Below, one piece after another: positions 1 through 8,901 of a stretch of DNA of 38,649 nucleotides. The notes under the pieces were generated by a model. That model saw nothing but the letters and a program-made list of their open reading frames with translations, searched no databases and was not told the origin of the DNA. Source of the stretch: a virus; IMG/VR virus record IMGVR_UViG_3300017708_000540, one strand, 5' to 3'. The position numbers were made by a program, and so were the translations under genes. The stretch's first letter is position 1. Each line of letters opens with the position of its first letter.

Positions 1-123
1 AATTAGAGTGTCACAAATCTTTAAAAAGATTCAATGTTCTAGTATGCCATCGAAGATTTGGTAAATCAGTATTATCTATAAATGAATTAATTAAAACAGC
101 AGCAAAGAAACCTAGATCTTTGT
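1..123. repeat. Terminal overlap copy 1 (identical to 38527-38649); circular-contig overlap
   Basis: Read directly: both copies begin AATTAGAGTGTCACAAATC and end CCTAGATCTTTGT. The repeat lies inside the terL reading frame, so it marks circular assembly rather than physical genome ends. Confidence 0.95.
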
Positions 124-1223
124 TTGCATTCATAGCTCCATCATATCGCTAAGGACAATCCATTGCTTGGGAATATTTAAAATATTATACAAAACCATTA
201 ATGCATTGGGGTGGTGGAAGAAACGAATCAGAATTAAGAATAGATTTGTATAATGGATCTAGAATCCAAATTTTTGGGGCAGACAACCCAGATAGTATTC
301 GTGGAATGGGGTTTGATGCAGTTGTCCTGGACGAATATGCTATTATGTCTCCAAGAGTATGGACAGAAATTATACGTCCTGCTATCGCAGATAAGCTAGG
401 TTGGGTTATATTTATAGGTACACCAATGGGTCATAACTCATTTTGGGAAGTATATGATTTTGCTTTACGTGGTCATAAAGATTGGTATGGTAAATTATAT
501 AGAGCATCAGAAACTAATGTAGTACCTGATCATGAGTTAAAAGAAGCTCAAGCTATAATGACTCCTGAACAATACGATCAAGAGTTTGAATGTTCATTTA
601 CTGCAGCAGTATCAGGTGCATATTATGGTAGATTAATTACTAAAGCAGAAAAAGAAAAAAGAATAACTAAAGTACCATATGATGAAAGCGTTGGAGTTGA
701 AACGTGGTGGGATTTGGGAATAGGAGATTCAACATCTATTTGGTTTGCACAAAGAATAGGTGAAGAAATTCATTTGATAGATTATTATGAAACATCAGGT
801 GAATCTTTAGCTCATTATGCAAATGTGTTAGAAGAAAAAGATTATGCATATTCTTCTCATATAGCACCTCATGATATAACAGCTAGAGAATTAGGAACAG
901 GTAAGTCTAGACTTGAAGTTGCAAATGAATTAGGTATAGATTTTGATGTGGCTCCAAAATTAGAAGTACATCATGGAATAGAATCAGTAAGAAATGCTTT
1001 ACCTAATTGTTGGTTTGATAGAGAAAAATGCAAAGTAGGTCTTGATGCATTAAGACAATATCGAAAACAATGGGATGAAAAAAACCAAGTGTTTAAAAAT
1101 AAACCTCACCATAACTGGTGTTCACACGCAGCTGATAGCTTTAGGTATGGATGTGTATCCGAACCAATTGATACATCAGACTGGGATAGACCAATAACAG
1201 TAGATACAAAATACGTAATATGA
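3..1223 (+). pseudogene. terL: Terminase large subunit body, interrupted by an in-frame TAA at 150-152
   Basis: The frame-3 translation reads ...SLFAFIAPSYR*GQSIAWEYLKYYTKPLMHWGGG.... It contains Walker B AVVLDEYA and nuclease-type motifs WWDLGIGDSTS and HNWCSHAADSFRYG. The ORF-track piece 201-1223 starts at an internal Met, not the true start. Confidence 0.85.
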
Positions 1224-3367
1224 AAAAATCAAAACAAGAAATATTATCAGTACTAAGCAGAGAGATTCACAATGCATCAGGTTACATTGGTGGTGAGCTA
1301 GTTGCTAGAAGAAAAAAATCATTAGAATATTATTTAGGAATGCCTCTTGGTAATGAACAAGAAGGACGTTCTCAAGTTGTTTCTAATGATGTAATGGACA
1401 CAGTAGAAAGTTTAATGCCATCTCTAATGAAGATATTTACTTCTGGAGATAATGTATTTCAATGTGAAGGTGTTGGGCCTGAAGATGAAGAAATGGCTAG
1501 ACAAGCATCTGATTATATTAACCATGTATTCTTAAAAGAAAATAATGGATTTACAGCTTTATATTGTGCATTTAAAGATGCATTGATACAAAAGAATGGT
1601 ATCTTAAAAGTATATTGGGATAGTGCAAATAAAACTGAAAGAGAAGAATATACTAGATTAACAGATGATGAGTTTAATGATTTAGTATCAGATTCACAAG
1701 TAGAAGTTAAAAATCATTCTGAATATGAAGAATCTATTACAGATGATAGAGGACAAGAAATAGATAAGGTTACTTTACATGATGTAGTTATTCATAGAAC
1801 ATCATTATATGGTGGAGTTAAAATAGAACCAGTACCACCTGAAGAATTTTTAATTGAAAGAAGATGTAAAGATTTACATTCAGCTAACTTTGTTTGTCAT
1901 AGAACAAATAAAACTAAAACTGAATTAGTAGAAATGGGATTTGATCCTGATGTAGTTGAAGGACTACCAACAGGAGATCCAGATTTTTATACAGAAGATA
2001 AGTTTGTTAGACATCAAAACGTAGATTTTTCTCATGGAGATAATACAGGAGATACAAGTACAGAAGATGTTTTAATCCATGAATGTTATGTTAAAATGGA
2101 TTTAGATGATGATGGCAAAGCTGAGCTTGTTAAAATTATTGTAGCTGGTGATGGTAAGCATTTATTAGATATAGAAGAAATAGACACTATACCTTTTATA
2201 TCTATGACTCCAGTTATCATGCCACACAGATTTCATGGTAGATCTATTGCAGAGCTAGTAGAAGATATACAATTAATTAAATCTACTGTAATGAGACAAA
2301 TGTTAGATAACATGTATCTAACTAATAATAATAGAGTTGCAATTCAAGATGGTCAAGTAGCTATGGATGATCTCCTAACTAATAGACCTGGAGGAATTGT
2401 AAGAACTAAACAACCACCACAAAATGTAATGATGCCTATTCAGGCACAACCTATTACAGAACAAGCTAGTGGTATGTTAGCATATCTTGATGCAGTAAAA
2501 GAAACTAGAACTGGTGTAACTAGAACTTCACAAGGTTTAAATTCAGATAGCTTAAATAATAAAACAGCTACAGGTATGAACCAAGTATTAACACAATCTC
2601 AAATGAGAATGGAGTTAATTGCTAGAATTTTTGCAGAAACAGGTGTTAAAGATTTAGCATTAAAAATATTTGAACTTGTTTGTAAATATCAAAACAAAGA
2701 AAAGATAGTAAGAATCAGAGGTAAGTATGTACCTATGAGACCTTATGAATGGAAAGATAGAGTTAATGTTACTGTTCATGTTGGACTAGGATCAGGATCT
2801 AAAGAACAACAATTAATTATGGTTAATGCTATTCTTGAAAGACAAATGCAGGCAATAAACCTACAACAAAATGTTTATGGCCCAATGGTTAATTTAAGAA
2901 ATATTTATAACTCATTAAAGAAATTAGTTGAAAATGCAGGTTTAAATAATGTAGAACCTTTCTTTATGGATCCAGATGTTGGTGCATCTCAAATGCCACC
3001 ACTTCCTCCTAAACCACCAACTGAGTTTGAGAAAGTTACTTTAGCTCAAGTACAAGGTGAGAACCAAAGAGCACAGCTTAAAGCTGAAACAGAAGTCAAA
3101 CGTATAGAATCTACTATGCGTGAATCTTTATTAGATTTTGAGTTGAAAATAAAAGAACTTGAGTTACAATATGGTTCTAAAATAGATGAATTAGAATTAA
3201 AACGAAGATCTATGTTAGAACAAACCGATCTTTCTAAATCAGGTGATTTGATGAAAGAAATAATAAAGGGTCAAGGACAATTCTTTAATGGACAAAGACA
3301 AACAAATACAGAAGGGCAAGAGAGCAGAACAACTCCTCAACGATCCCCTTCTAAAAACAGCATTTGA
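1220..3367 (+). CDS. Portal protein
   Basis: 715-aa ORF with an ATGA overlap onto the terL stop. Size, position after terL and a coiled-coil/charged C-terminal region are typical of podovirus portals. Confidence 0.8.
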   Translation: MKKSKQEILSVLSREIHNASGYIGGELVARRKKSLEYYLGMPLGNEQEGRSQVVSNDVMDTVESLMPSLMKIFTSGDNVFQCEGVGPEDEEMARQASDYINHVFLKENNGFTALYCAFKDALIQKNGILKVYWDSANKTEREEYTRLTDDEFNDLVSDSQVEVKNHSEYEESITDDRGQEIDKVTLHDVVIHRTSLYGGVKIEPVPPEEFLIERRCKDLHSANFVCHRTNKTKTELVEMGFDPDVVEGLPTGDPDFYTEDKFVRHQNVDFSHGDNTGDTSTEDVLIHECYVKMDLDDDGKAELVKIIVAGDGKHLLDIEEIDTIPFISMTPVIMPHRFHGRSIAELVEDIQLIKSTVMRQMLDNMYLTNNNRVAIQDGQVAMDDLLTNRPGGIVRTKQPPQNVMMPIQAQPITEQASGMLAYLDAVKETRTGVTRTSQGLNSDSLNNKTATGMNQVLTQSQMRMELIARIFAETGVKDLALKIFELVCKYQNKEKIVRIRGKYVPMRPYEWKDRVNVTVHVGLGSGSKEQQLIMVNAILERQMQAINLQQNVYGPMVNLRNIYNSLKKLVENAGLNNVEPFFMDPDVGASQMPPLPPKPPTEFEKVTLAQVQGENQRAQLKAETEVKRIESTMRESLLDFELKIKELELQYGSKIDELELKRRSMLEQTDLSKSGDLMKEIIKGQGQFFNGQRQTNTEGQESRTTPQRSPSKNSI

Positions 3368-3548
3368 AGATCTCTTAGAAATATATAAGCAAGAGATTTT
3401 TAATACAAGTTTCGCTGACGATGATAAGCGTAAACACCTTTGGGTAGCCTACAATATGGTAGACAAAATCAGAGGACATTTACAAAGTATCATGGCTAGT
3501 GGAAAACTAACTCAACAAGAGTTAGATCAATTAAATACAAGACGTTAA
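3288..3548 (+). CDS. Small conserved head-module protein (Bbp19-like)
   Basis: 86 aa. KRAEQLLNDPLLKTAFEDL...KRKHLWVAYNMVDKIRGHL resembles the small protein found between portal and scaffold in BPP-1-type modules. It overlaps the portal 3' end by 80 nt in the +1 frame. Confidence 0.45.
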   Translation: MDKDKQIQKGKRAEQLLNDPLLKTAFEDLLEIYKQEIFNTSFADDDKRKHLWVAYNMVDKIRGHLQSIMASGKLTQQELDQLNTRR

Positions 3549-3593
3549 TCTAACGAAACGTCAAATACGTCAACCAATTACGAAAGGAACGTT

Positions 3594-4568
3594 ATGGCAG
3601 AAGCCGACATACAAGGTGCAGCTGATAAAATTTCAGGAATATTGAATCCATCGGATCAACAAGAAACTGAAGTAAAAAAGACTGAACCATCAGAGTCGCC
3701 TGAGACACAGGCAGCAGAAAGTGAACCAACGTCTGAGGTAACTGAAGCAGAGACTCCTGAGAATACTGAGGTAACAGAAGAAACACAAACAGAATTAGAG
3801 GAACCAGAACTCCACCGAGTTAAGATACAAGGTCAAGAGTTAGAGGTCACCCTTGATGAGCTGAAAGCAGGTTATTCTAGAGACTCAGATTATAGACAAA
3901 AAACTCATTCTTTAAGCCAAGAGAAAAAAACACTTGAGGAACAAAAGAGTAGTTTGCGTCAAACTTATGAAACTCGTTTATCAGAGTTGAACAACTTAAT
4001 AGCAACTGCTGACGCAACTGTCAGACAAAAACAAGGAAGCGAAGATCTTCAAAAACTTTACGAAGAAGATCCAACAGCTGCAGCCCGACTGGACTACCAG
4101 TTAAGACAACAACAAGAGCAGCTAAGTGAAATACAGAGTAAAGCAAAAGAAGCTCAACAAAAACAATATAATGAGTTCCTTGATACACAGAAAGAGTTAG
4201 CAGCACAAAAAATACCTGAGTTTGCAGATCCTAAAAAATCTGATTCATTTAAAACTAATCTACGTAATTCGTTACGAAACTATGGTTTTAATGATCAAGA
4301 GATTGGAACACTTGCAGATCATAGATTTTTAATGGTTGCAAAAGATGCTATGAGCTATCAATCTTTAAAAGATAAAAAACCTATCATACAAAAGAAAGTA
4401 GCTAATGCACCTAAAGTGGTAAAAGCAGGTACAGCTAAGTCGTCAACAAGTTCTGGTAGAGAGTTAATAAGAAATAAAATTGGCAAGGTTCGTAAGACAG
4501 GAAACATTAATGATGCTTCTTCTGCGATTCTTGACATTATTAATCTTAAATCTCAACAAAGGAAATAA
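3594..4568 (+). CDS. Scaffolding protein
   Basis: 324 aa. It has an acidic E/T/P-rich N-terminus, a long Q/E/K coiled-coil centre and a basic C-terminus, and sits directly before the capsid gene. Confidence 0.65.
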   Translation: MAEADIQGAADKISGILNPSDQQETEVKKTEPSESPETQAAESEPTSEVTEAETPENTEVTEETQTELEEPELHRVKIQGQELEVTLDELKAGYSRDSDYRQKTHSLSQEKKTLEEQKSSLRQTYETRLSELNNLIATADATVRQKQGSEDLQKLYEEDPTAAARLDYQLRQQQEQLSEIQSKAKEAQQKQYNEFLDTQKELAAQKIPEFADPKKSDSFKTNLRNSLRNYGFNDQEIGTLADHRFLMVAKDAMSYQSLKDKKPIIQKKVANAPKVVKAGTAKSSTSSGRELIRNKIGKVRKTGNINDASSAILDIINLKSQQRK

Positions 4569-4571
4569 ACA

Positions 4572-5513
4572 ATGGCACAACCAACTAATACGTTTGACAC
4601 GTATGATTCAGTAGGGGAAAGAGAAGATCTTTCTGATGTTATCTATTCGATAGCACCTACAGATACGCCATTCTTAAGCTCAGCAGCAAAAACTCAAGCT
4701 ACTGCAGTTTTACACGAATGGCAAACAGACTCACTAGCAGCAGCATCTACTTCAAATGCTGTAATTGAAGGTGATGAAGCAACTCTAGACGCATCAACTG
4801 CAACTAGCAGATTATCTAACTCTTGCCAAATCATGGACAAGACTGTGGTAATTACTGGTACTCAAGAAGCAGTAGATAAAGCAGGTAGAGCATCTGAAAT
4901 CGCTTATCAAATTGCTAAAAGAGCTAAAGAGTTAAAAAGAGACATGGAAGCTACTTTGACTGGTAACCAAGCAGAAGTTGCTGGTAACAGTACAACAGCT
5001 AGAAAATTTGGATCTCTTGGTGCATGGATTGCATCAAATGATGATCTAGGTGCTTCTGGTTCATCAGGTGGAGCTGGTAATACAGCAAGAACTGATGGTA
5101 CTCAAAGAGCCTTCACAGAAGCTCAATTAAAATCAGTTATTAAATCAGTATGGAATGCTGGTGGTGACCCTTCAATGATTATGGTAGGCCCATTCAACAA
5201 ACAAAAATTATCAGGCTTTACTGGTAATTCTACTAGATTTGATGCAGGTGCAGACGCTACATTATATACTTCTGTAGACGTTTATGCTTCAGACTTCGGT
5301 CAGTTACAAGTAGTACCTAACAGATTCTCTAGAGATAGAGACGCTTTTGTACTAGATATGAACTACTGGGGTATTGCATTCTTAAGAGATTTCTCTATGC
5401 ATGAACTTGCTAAAACAGGTGACACAGAGAAAAGACAGCTTTTAGTAGAAGCTACTCTTGAATCAAGAAATGAAGGTGCATCTGGAATGGTTGCAGACTT
5501 AACTACTTCATAA
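4572..5513 (+). CDS. Major capsid protein (HK97 fold, DUF5309/SU10-like family)
   Basis: 313 aa. The N-terminal motif TFDTYDSVGEREDLSDVIYSIAPTDTPFLS...HEWQTDSL is characteristic of this capsid family. The gene is followed by a GC-rich hairpin. Confidence 0.85.
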   Translation: MAQPTNTFDTYDSVGEREDLSDVIYSIAPTDTPFLSSAAKTQATAVLHEWQTDSLAAASTSNAVIEGDEATLDASTATSRLSNSCQIMDKTVVITGTQEAVDKAGRASEIAYQIAKRAKELKRDMEATLTGNQAEVAGNSTTARKFGSLGAWIASNDDLGASGSSGGAGNTARTDGTQRAFTEAQLKSVIKSVWNAGGDPSMIMVGPFNKQKLSGFTGNSTRFDAGADATLYTSVDVYASDFGQLQVVPNRFSRDRDAFVLDMNYWGIAFLRDFSMHELAKTGDTEKRQLLVEATLESRNEGASGMVADLTTS

Positions 5514-5528
5514 TAATAATAACTGTTT

Positions 5529-5565
5529 GGGGGAGTAACCTTTTAATCTGCTCCCCCAGCAGATT
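5529..5565 (+). terminator. GC-run hairpin(s) after the capsid gene (two mutually exclusive folds)
   Basis: GGGGGAG (5529-5535) pairs with CTCCCCC (5551-5557). Alternatively AATCTGCT (5545-5552) pairs with AGCAGATT (5558-5565) around a C5 loop. There is no clear U-tract. Confidence 0.45.
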
Positions 5566-5619
5566 CTAAACAATTGAAGATCTGAGAGAGGGTTAGGATC
5601 GGAACAATTAAGGAACACA

Positions 5620-5967
5620 ATGAGAACATTAAACGACTATTTTATAACTTCAACTATCGCAGACATCAGCACAGCATCTTCAACTTTTGTTGCAGTGCCT
5701 GATGGTGGAAAAATTATTAAAATTCTTACAGCTTTACAAGGAGCTATTTCTGGAGGAAATGCAGGAATATCTTTTGAAATTGGTGGAACTGCAGTAACTG
5801 GTGGTGGCATAACTGTTGCACACTCTGGTTCAGCAGCAGGTGATGTAGACACAGCAGAACCTACAGCAGCTAATAACGTAGAAGAAGGTGGAACTATCGA
5901 AATGATTACAGATGGTGGATCTACTGGTGCTAAAAAATTAGTAGTAACATTTGTTATTAGAAGATAA
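5620..5967 (+). CDS. Putative capsid cement/decoration protein
   Basis: 115-aa G/A/T-rich protein immediately after the capsid gene and bracketed by strong hairpins. Its size and position match the staple/cement proteins of epsilon15/BPP-1-type heads. This is an inference. Confidence 0.35.
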   Translation: MRTLNDYFITSTIADISTASSTFVAVPDGGKIIKILTALQGAISGGNAGISFEIGGTAVTGGGITVAHSGSAAGDVDTAEPTAANNVEEGGTIEMITDGGSTGAKKLVVTFVIRR

Positions 5968-5974
5968 TTAATTC

Positions 5975-5994
5975 TGGGGGTGGCAACATCCCCA
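5975..5994 (+). terminator. Stem-loop with GNRA tetraloop after 5620-5967
   Basis: TGGGGGTG-GCAA-CATCCCCA forms an 8-bp stem (one G-U pair) with a GCAA loop, 8 nt after the stop codon. Confidence 0.5.
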
Positions 5995-6013
5995 AACAAA
6001 AGGAGAACAAAAT

Positions 6014-6289
6014 ATGTACGGGAGTAATTACGCAATGAGACCTCTAACTACACAAAAAGTTACATCTTCTGGTTCGTCTGCAGCTTCATCTGCTTTTAGT
6101 GCTAATATTGAATATGTTAGAATTATACCAGATGCTGATTGTCATATCGAATTTGGAGTAAATCCAACAGCAACAACATCTAAAATATTTTTAGAATCTA
6201 AATCTTCTGAATGTTTTAAAGTTTCGCCTGGCGAAAAAGTAGCTGTAATTGGATCAGTAAATTTATACGTAACAGAACTATCAGAATAG
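6014..6289 (+). CDS. Hypothetical small structural-module protein
   Basis: 91 aa with a strong SD (AAAAGGAGAA) upstream of the ATG. The C-terminal pattern FKVSPGEKVAVIGSVNLYVTE resembles 10949-11275 and 15149-15490. Confidence 0.55.
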   Translation: MYGSNYAMRPLTTQKVTSSGSSAASSAFSANIEYVRIIPDADCHIEFGVNPTATTSKIFLESKSSECFKVSPGEKVAVIGSVNLYVTELSE

Positions 6290-6290
6290 T

Positions 6291-6632
6291 ATGGGAAAAG
6301 TCAGAGCTGTAGACTACGATAATGGAATAAAGACTAAGTATATTCAAGAATCAGATGGTAAACTAACTATTAATAATGAACAAAATGTTAATAGTTTATT
6401 AGATAGAAATAAAAAGCTATATAACAATACTGATCAAGGATGGGTTTCTAAAGCAAAAGAAATGAAACGAGTAGCTAGTGTTCCACCTCTTGTTCTACAG
6501 ATCTGGGCTAAAGAATATAATGGAAGCAATAATTGGTTTGCTTTACCAAAAGACATACAAAGAAAAATAATGAAAACTAAACTTAATAGTAATGAGTTTA
6601 GATATTTTAGAACAGCGTCAGGAAATTTATAA
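6291..6632 (+). CDS. Hypothetical structural-module protein
   Basis: 113-aa ORF tightly packed between neighbouring genes. I recognise no motif with confidence. Confidence 0.55.
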   Translation: MGKVRAVDYDNGIKTKYIQESDGKLTINNEQNVNSLLDRNKKLYNNTDQGWVSKAKEMKRVASVPPLVLQIWAKEYNGSNNWFALPKDIQRKIMKTKLNSNEFRYFRTASGNL

Positions 6633-7294
6633 TGGCTATATCAACATATGCACAACTTAAAACATCTATTGCAAACTGGTTAAATCGTAGTGATTTAACT
6701 TCAGAAATTAGTGATGATTTTATAAAACTATGTGAAGCAGATTTTAATGCTAAACTTAGAATAAGACAAATGGAACAGCAAGATGATGTTACAATTGATG
6801 CTGAACAAGTAACAGTACCTACAGGATTTATAGCTGTTAGATCATTTTATATAGATTCAGGTGTAAAATATCCTTTAGAATATATAACACCAGCTAACAT
6901 GTTTGAAATAAAAGGTGGTTCTAGAACTGGTAGACCTAGAGCTTACACAATAGAAAGCGATAATGAAGTTGAAAAATTTAGATTTGCTCCTAGTCCTGAT
7001 GTTTCTTATACTGGTAAACTATCATATTATAAAGCTATATCAGAATTAAGTGATACTAATACATCAAATTATATTTTATCAAAACATCCAGCTATTTATT
7101 TATATGGTTCATTATATCATGCTGCTAATTTTCTTGGTGGTGTAGAACCAAATCAAGCACAACAATGGTTAGCAATGTATATGTCAGCTCTTGAAAGATG
7201 TGAGAACAACGACAAACAAGATACATATGGCAATGCACCAGTTGTTCAAAGAACAGACGTACAAACAGACTTATCATTTTATAGGCAAAGATAA
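6632..7294 (+). CDS. Putative head-to-tail adaptor protein
   Basis: 220 aa. The N-terminus MAISTYAQLKTSIANWLNRSDLT is a motif I associate with adaptor proteins of epsilon15/BPP-1/N4-like podovirus modules. It is coupled to its neighbours by TAATG overlaps. Confidence 0.45.
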   Translation: MAISTYAQLKTSIANWLNRSDLTSEISDDFIKLCEADFNAKLRIRQMEQQDDVTIDAEQVTVPTGFIAVRSFYIDSGVKYPLEYITPANMFEIKGGSRTGRPRAYTIESDNEVEKFRFAPSPDVSYTGKLSYYKAISELSDTNTSNYILSKHPAIYLYGSLYHAANFLGGVEPNQAQQWLAMYMSALERCENNDKQDTYGNAPVVQRTDVQTDLSFYRQR

Positions 7295-8754
7295 TGCAGA
7301 TACCTTTTGGAGAATGGCTACCTGATCAACCTGAACACTTGAATCCAGGAGCTAACGTAGCAACTAATGTATATTATGCTCTTAATTCTTATAAGAGATT
7401 TCCTTCTTTGGTAGATTATTCTTCTAATAATATTACTAAAGATTCTAGAGGTGCAGGATCTTTTAGAGATAATGCAGGTAATGTATATAATTTTGTTGCA
7501 ACTAACACAGATATTTATCAATTAGATGGTGGTACATTTACATCAAGAAAAGGATCTTTAACAGGTGGAAATACAGATTTTTGGACATTTACACAATTTG
7601 GAAATTATATTATTGCTAGTAATGGAGTTGATGTTCCTCAGTATTATTTAATGGGTACTTCAACTAATTTTGCAAATCTTAGTTCAATACAAACTGCAGG
7701 AACAACACCTAGCTTTAAAGTATCAGGAGTTATTCGAGACTTCTTAGTTACAGGTAATCAAAGCTCAAATCAAAATAGAATACAATGGTCAGGTATTAAT
7801 GATATTACTACTTGGTCAGGTAAACAAGCAGACTTACAAGACCTTCCTGGATCAGGAGGAGAAATTACCCATATAACATCTGGAGAAATTTCATATGTCT
7901 TTAGACAAAACCAGATAATTCGTATGGACTATGTCGGAGGAGCTACAGTATTCCGACTATCAGTAATCTCACCTAATAGAGGTGCAGTATATGGCAGAAC
8001 TGTAGCTCAAGATAATAGACGTGTATTTTTCTATGCAGATGATGGATTTTTTGAGCTTAATGGCGATAATGTAATATCTATTGGTGCAGAAAAAGTTAAT
8101 AGATTTTTTGATCTAAATTTAAATAAAGCATTTACAGACAGAATTTGTGCAGCTGTAGATCCATTTAATCAACTAGCATTATGGTTGTACCCTAGCGTAA
8201 ATAATACTTCCAATACAACTGGAATTTGCGATAGGATTATAATCTATAATTATGCTACAAAAAAATGGTCTCTTGCAGAAGCTAACGCAAGTACAATTTT
8301 TAGTCAGTTTGTAGGAGCTTATACTGTAGAATTAATGGATATTATTTCAGGAAACTTAGATCAAATTAATATTGCATTAGATACTGATTTTTGGAATGGT
8401 GGACAAAGATATTTAGGTGCAATTGATAGTAGTTACAAAGCAGCTATTTTTTCTGGAACAGATAATGAAGGTGAAATAGAAACATCTGAAGTAGAATTAT
8501 TTCCAGGTTTAAGAAGTAATGTTCAAAGTATTAGACCTATAGTAGATGCAGAAGCAACAGTTATTATTAAAACTAGAGATAGATTAACTGATAATATAAC
8601 TGAATCTTCTTCTGTTTCTATGAATGGAACAGGTATCAATCCAGTAAGACAATCTGGTAGATACATAAAAATTAATGTTAAAACTCCGAGTGGAACTCCT
8701 TGGAGTCATGCACAAGGTATAGATCTTATTGCATCAAAAGCAGGATTAAGATGA
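7294..8754 (+). CDS. Putative tail tube/nozzle protein
   Basis: 486-aa beta-rich protein with N-terminus IPFGEWLPDQPEHLNPG. It follows the adaptor gene, as in related podovirus modules. Confidence 0.4.
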   Translation: MQIPFGEWLPDQPEHLNPGANVATNVYYALNSYKRFPSLVDYSSNNITKDSRGAGSFRDNAGNVYNFVATNTDIYQLDGGTFTSRKGSLTGGNTDFWTFTQFGNYIIASNGVDVPQYYLMGTSTNFANLSSIQTAGTTPSFKVSGVIRDFLVTGNQSSNQNRIQWSGINDITTWSGKQADLQDLPGSGGEITHITSGEISYVFRQNQIIRMDYVGGATVFRLSVISPNRGAVYGRTVAQDNRRVFFYADDGFFELNGDNVISIGAEKVNRFFDLNLNKAFTDRICAAVDPFNQLALWLYPSVNNTSNTTGICDRIIIYNYATKKWSLAEANASTIFSQFVGAYTVELMDIISGNLDQINIALDTDFWNGGQRYLGAIDSSYKAAIFSGTDNEGEIETSEVELFPGLRSNVQSIRPIVDAEATVIIKTRDRLTDNITESSSVSMNGTGINPVRQSGRYIKINVKTPSGTPWSHAQGIDLIASKAGLR

Positions 8755-8900
8755 CAGACAAAACTGATATAGATAACGTTAGATATAGTTTTGAAACACA
8801 AGAATTTTTTCAAAGGCAAATTGAAGAAGCAATTAACACTTTGATAAATGAAAAGAATAAAGAAAACCAAAAAGCATATGCTTGGTTTATAGGAGATTAA
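8751..8900 (+). CDS. Hypothetical small protein
   Basis: The ATG at 8751 overlaps the stop of the preceding gene (ATGA). Translation begins MTDKTDIDNVRYSFETQEFFQRQIEEAIN.... The longer ORF-track start at 8700 lies inside the upstream gene. Confidence 0.45.
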   Translation: MTDKTDIDNVRYSFETQEFFQRQIEEAINTLINEKNKENQKAYAWFIGD

Positions 8901-8901
8901 T

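Noticed and set aside
1-123. The 123-bp terminal repeat as a biological direct terminal repeat (T7-like physical ends)
   Set aside because: The repeat lies in the middle of the terL coding frame and restores a continuous ORF when circularised. It is an assembly overlap.
150-152. Genome-wide reassignment of TAA to a sense codon as the explanation for the stop inside terL
   Set aside because: Most genes in this window terminate cleanly at TAA, directly followed by or overlapping the next start (many TAATG junctions). TAA clearly functions as a stop here.
3541-3595. Short ACGT(C/T)A repeats (ACGTCAA at 3558 and 3567; ACGTTA at 3542 and 3590) upstream of the scaffold gene as a regulatory element
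   Set aside because: There are only 6-7-nt matches in a 45-nt spacer. That could easily be chance, and I have no supporting structure or second locus.
5637-6035. A 132-aa minus-strand ORF antisense to 5620-5967. The same applies to these other antisense or alternative-frame ORFs in the track: 3592-3786, 4021-4206, 7318-7521, 9810-10124, 10686-10955, 10927-11112, 11919-12101, 14061-14351, 15860-16066, 20254-20439, 26375-26632, 26509-26712, 27233-27520, 29181-29390, 29720-30007, 31241-31441, 33169-33360, 34239-34424, 34944-35132, 35867-36061, 36795-37031, 37142-37327, 37815-38000 and 37868-38203
   Set aside because: Each lies opposite to, or out of frame within, a better-supported gene in a tightly packed operon. 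They have low-complexity or odd composition mirroring the sense gene and lack SD or coupling signals.
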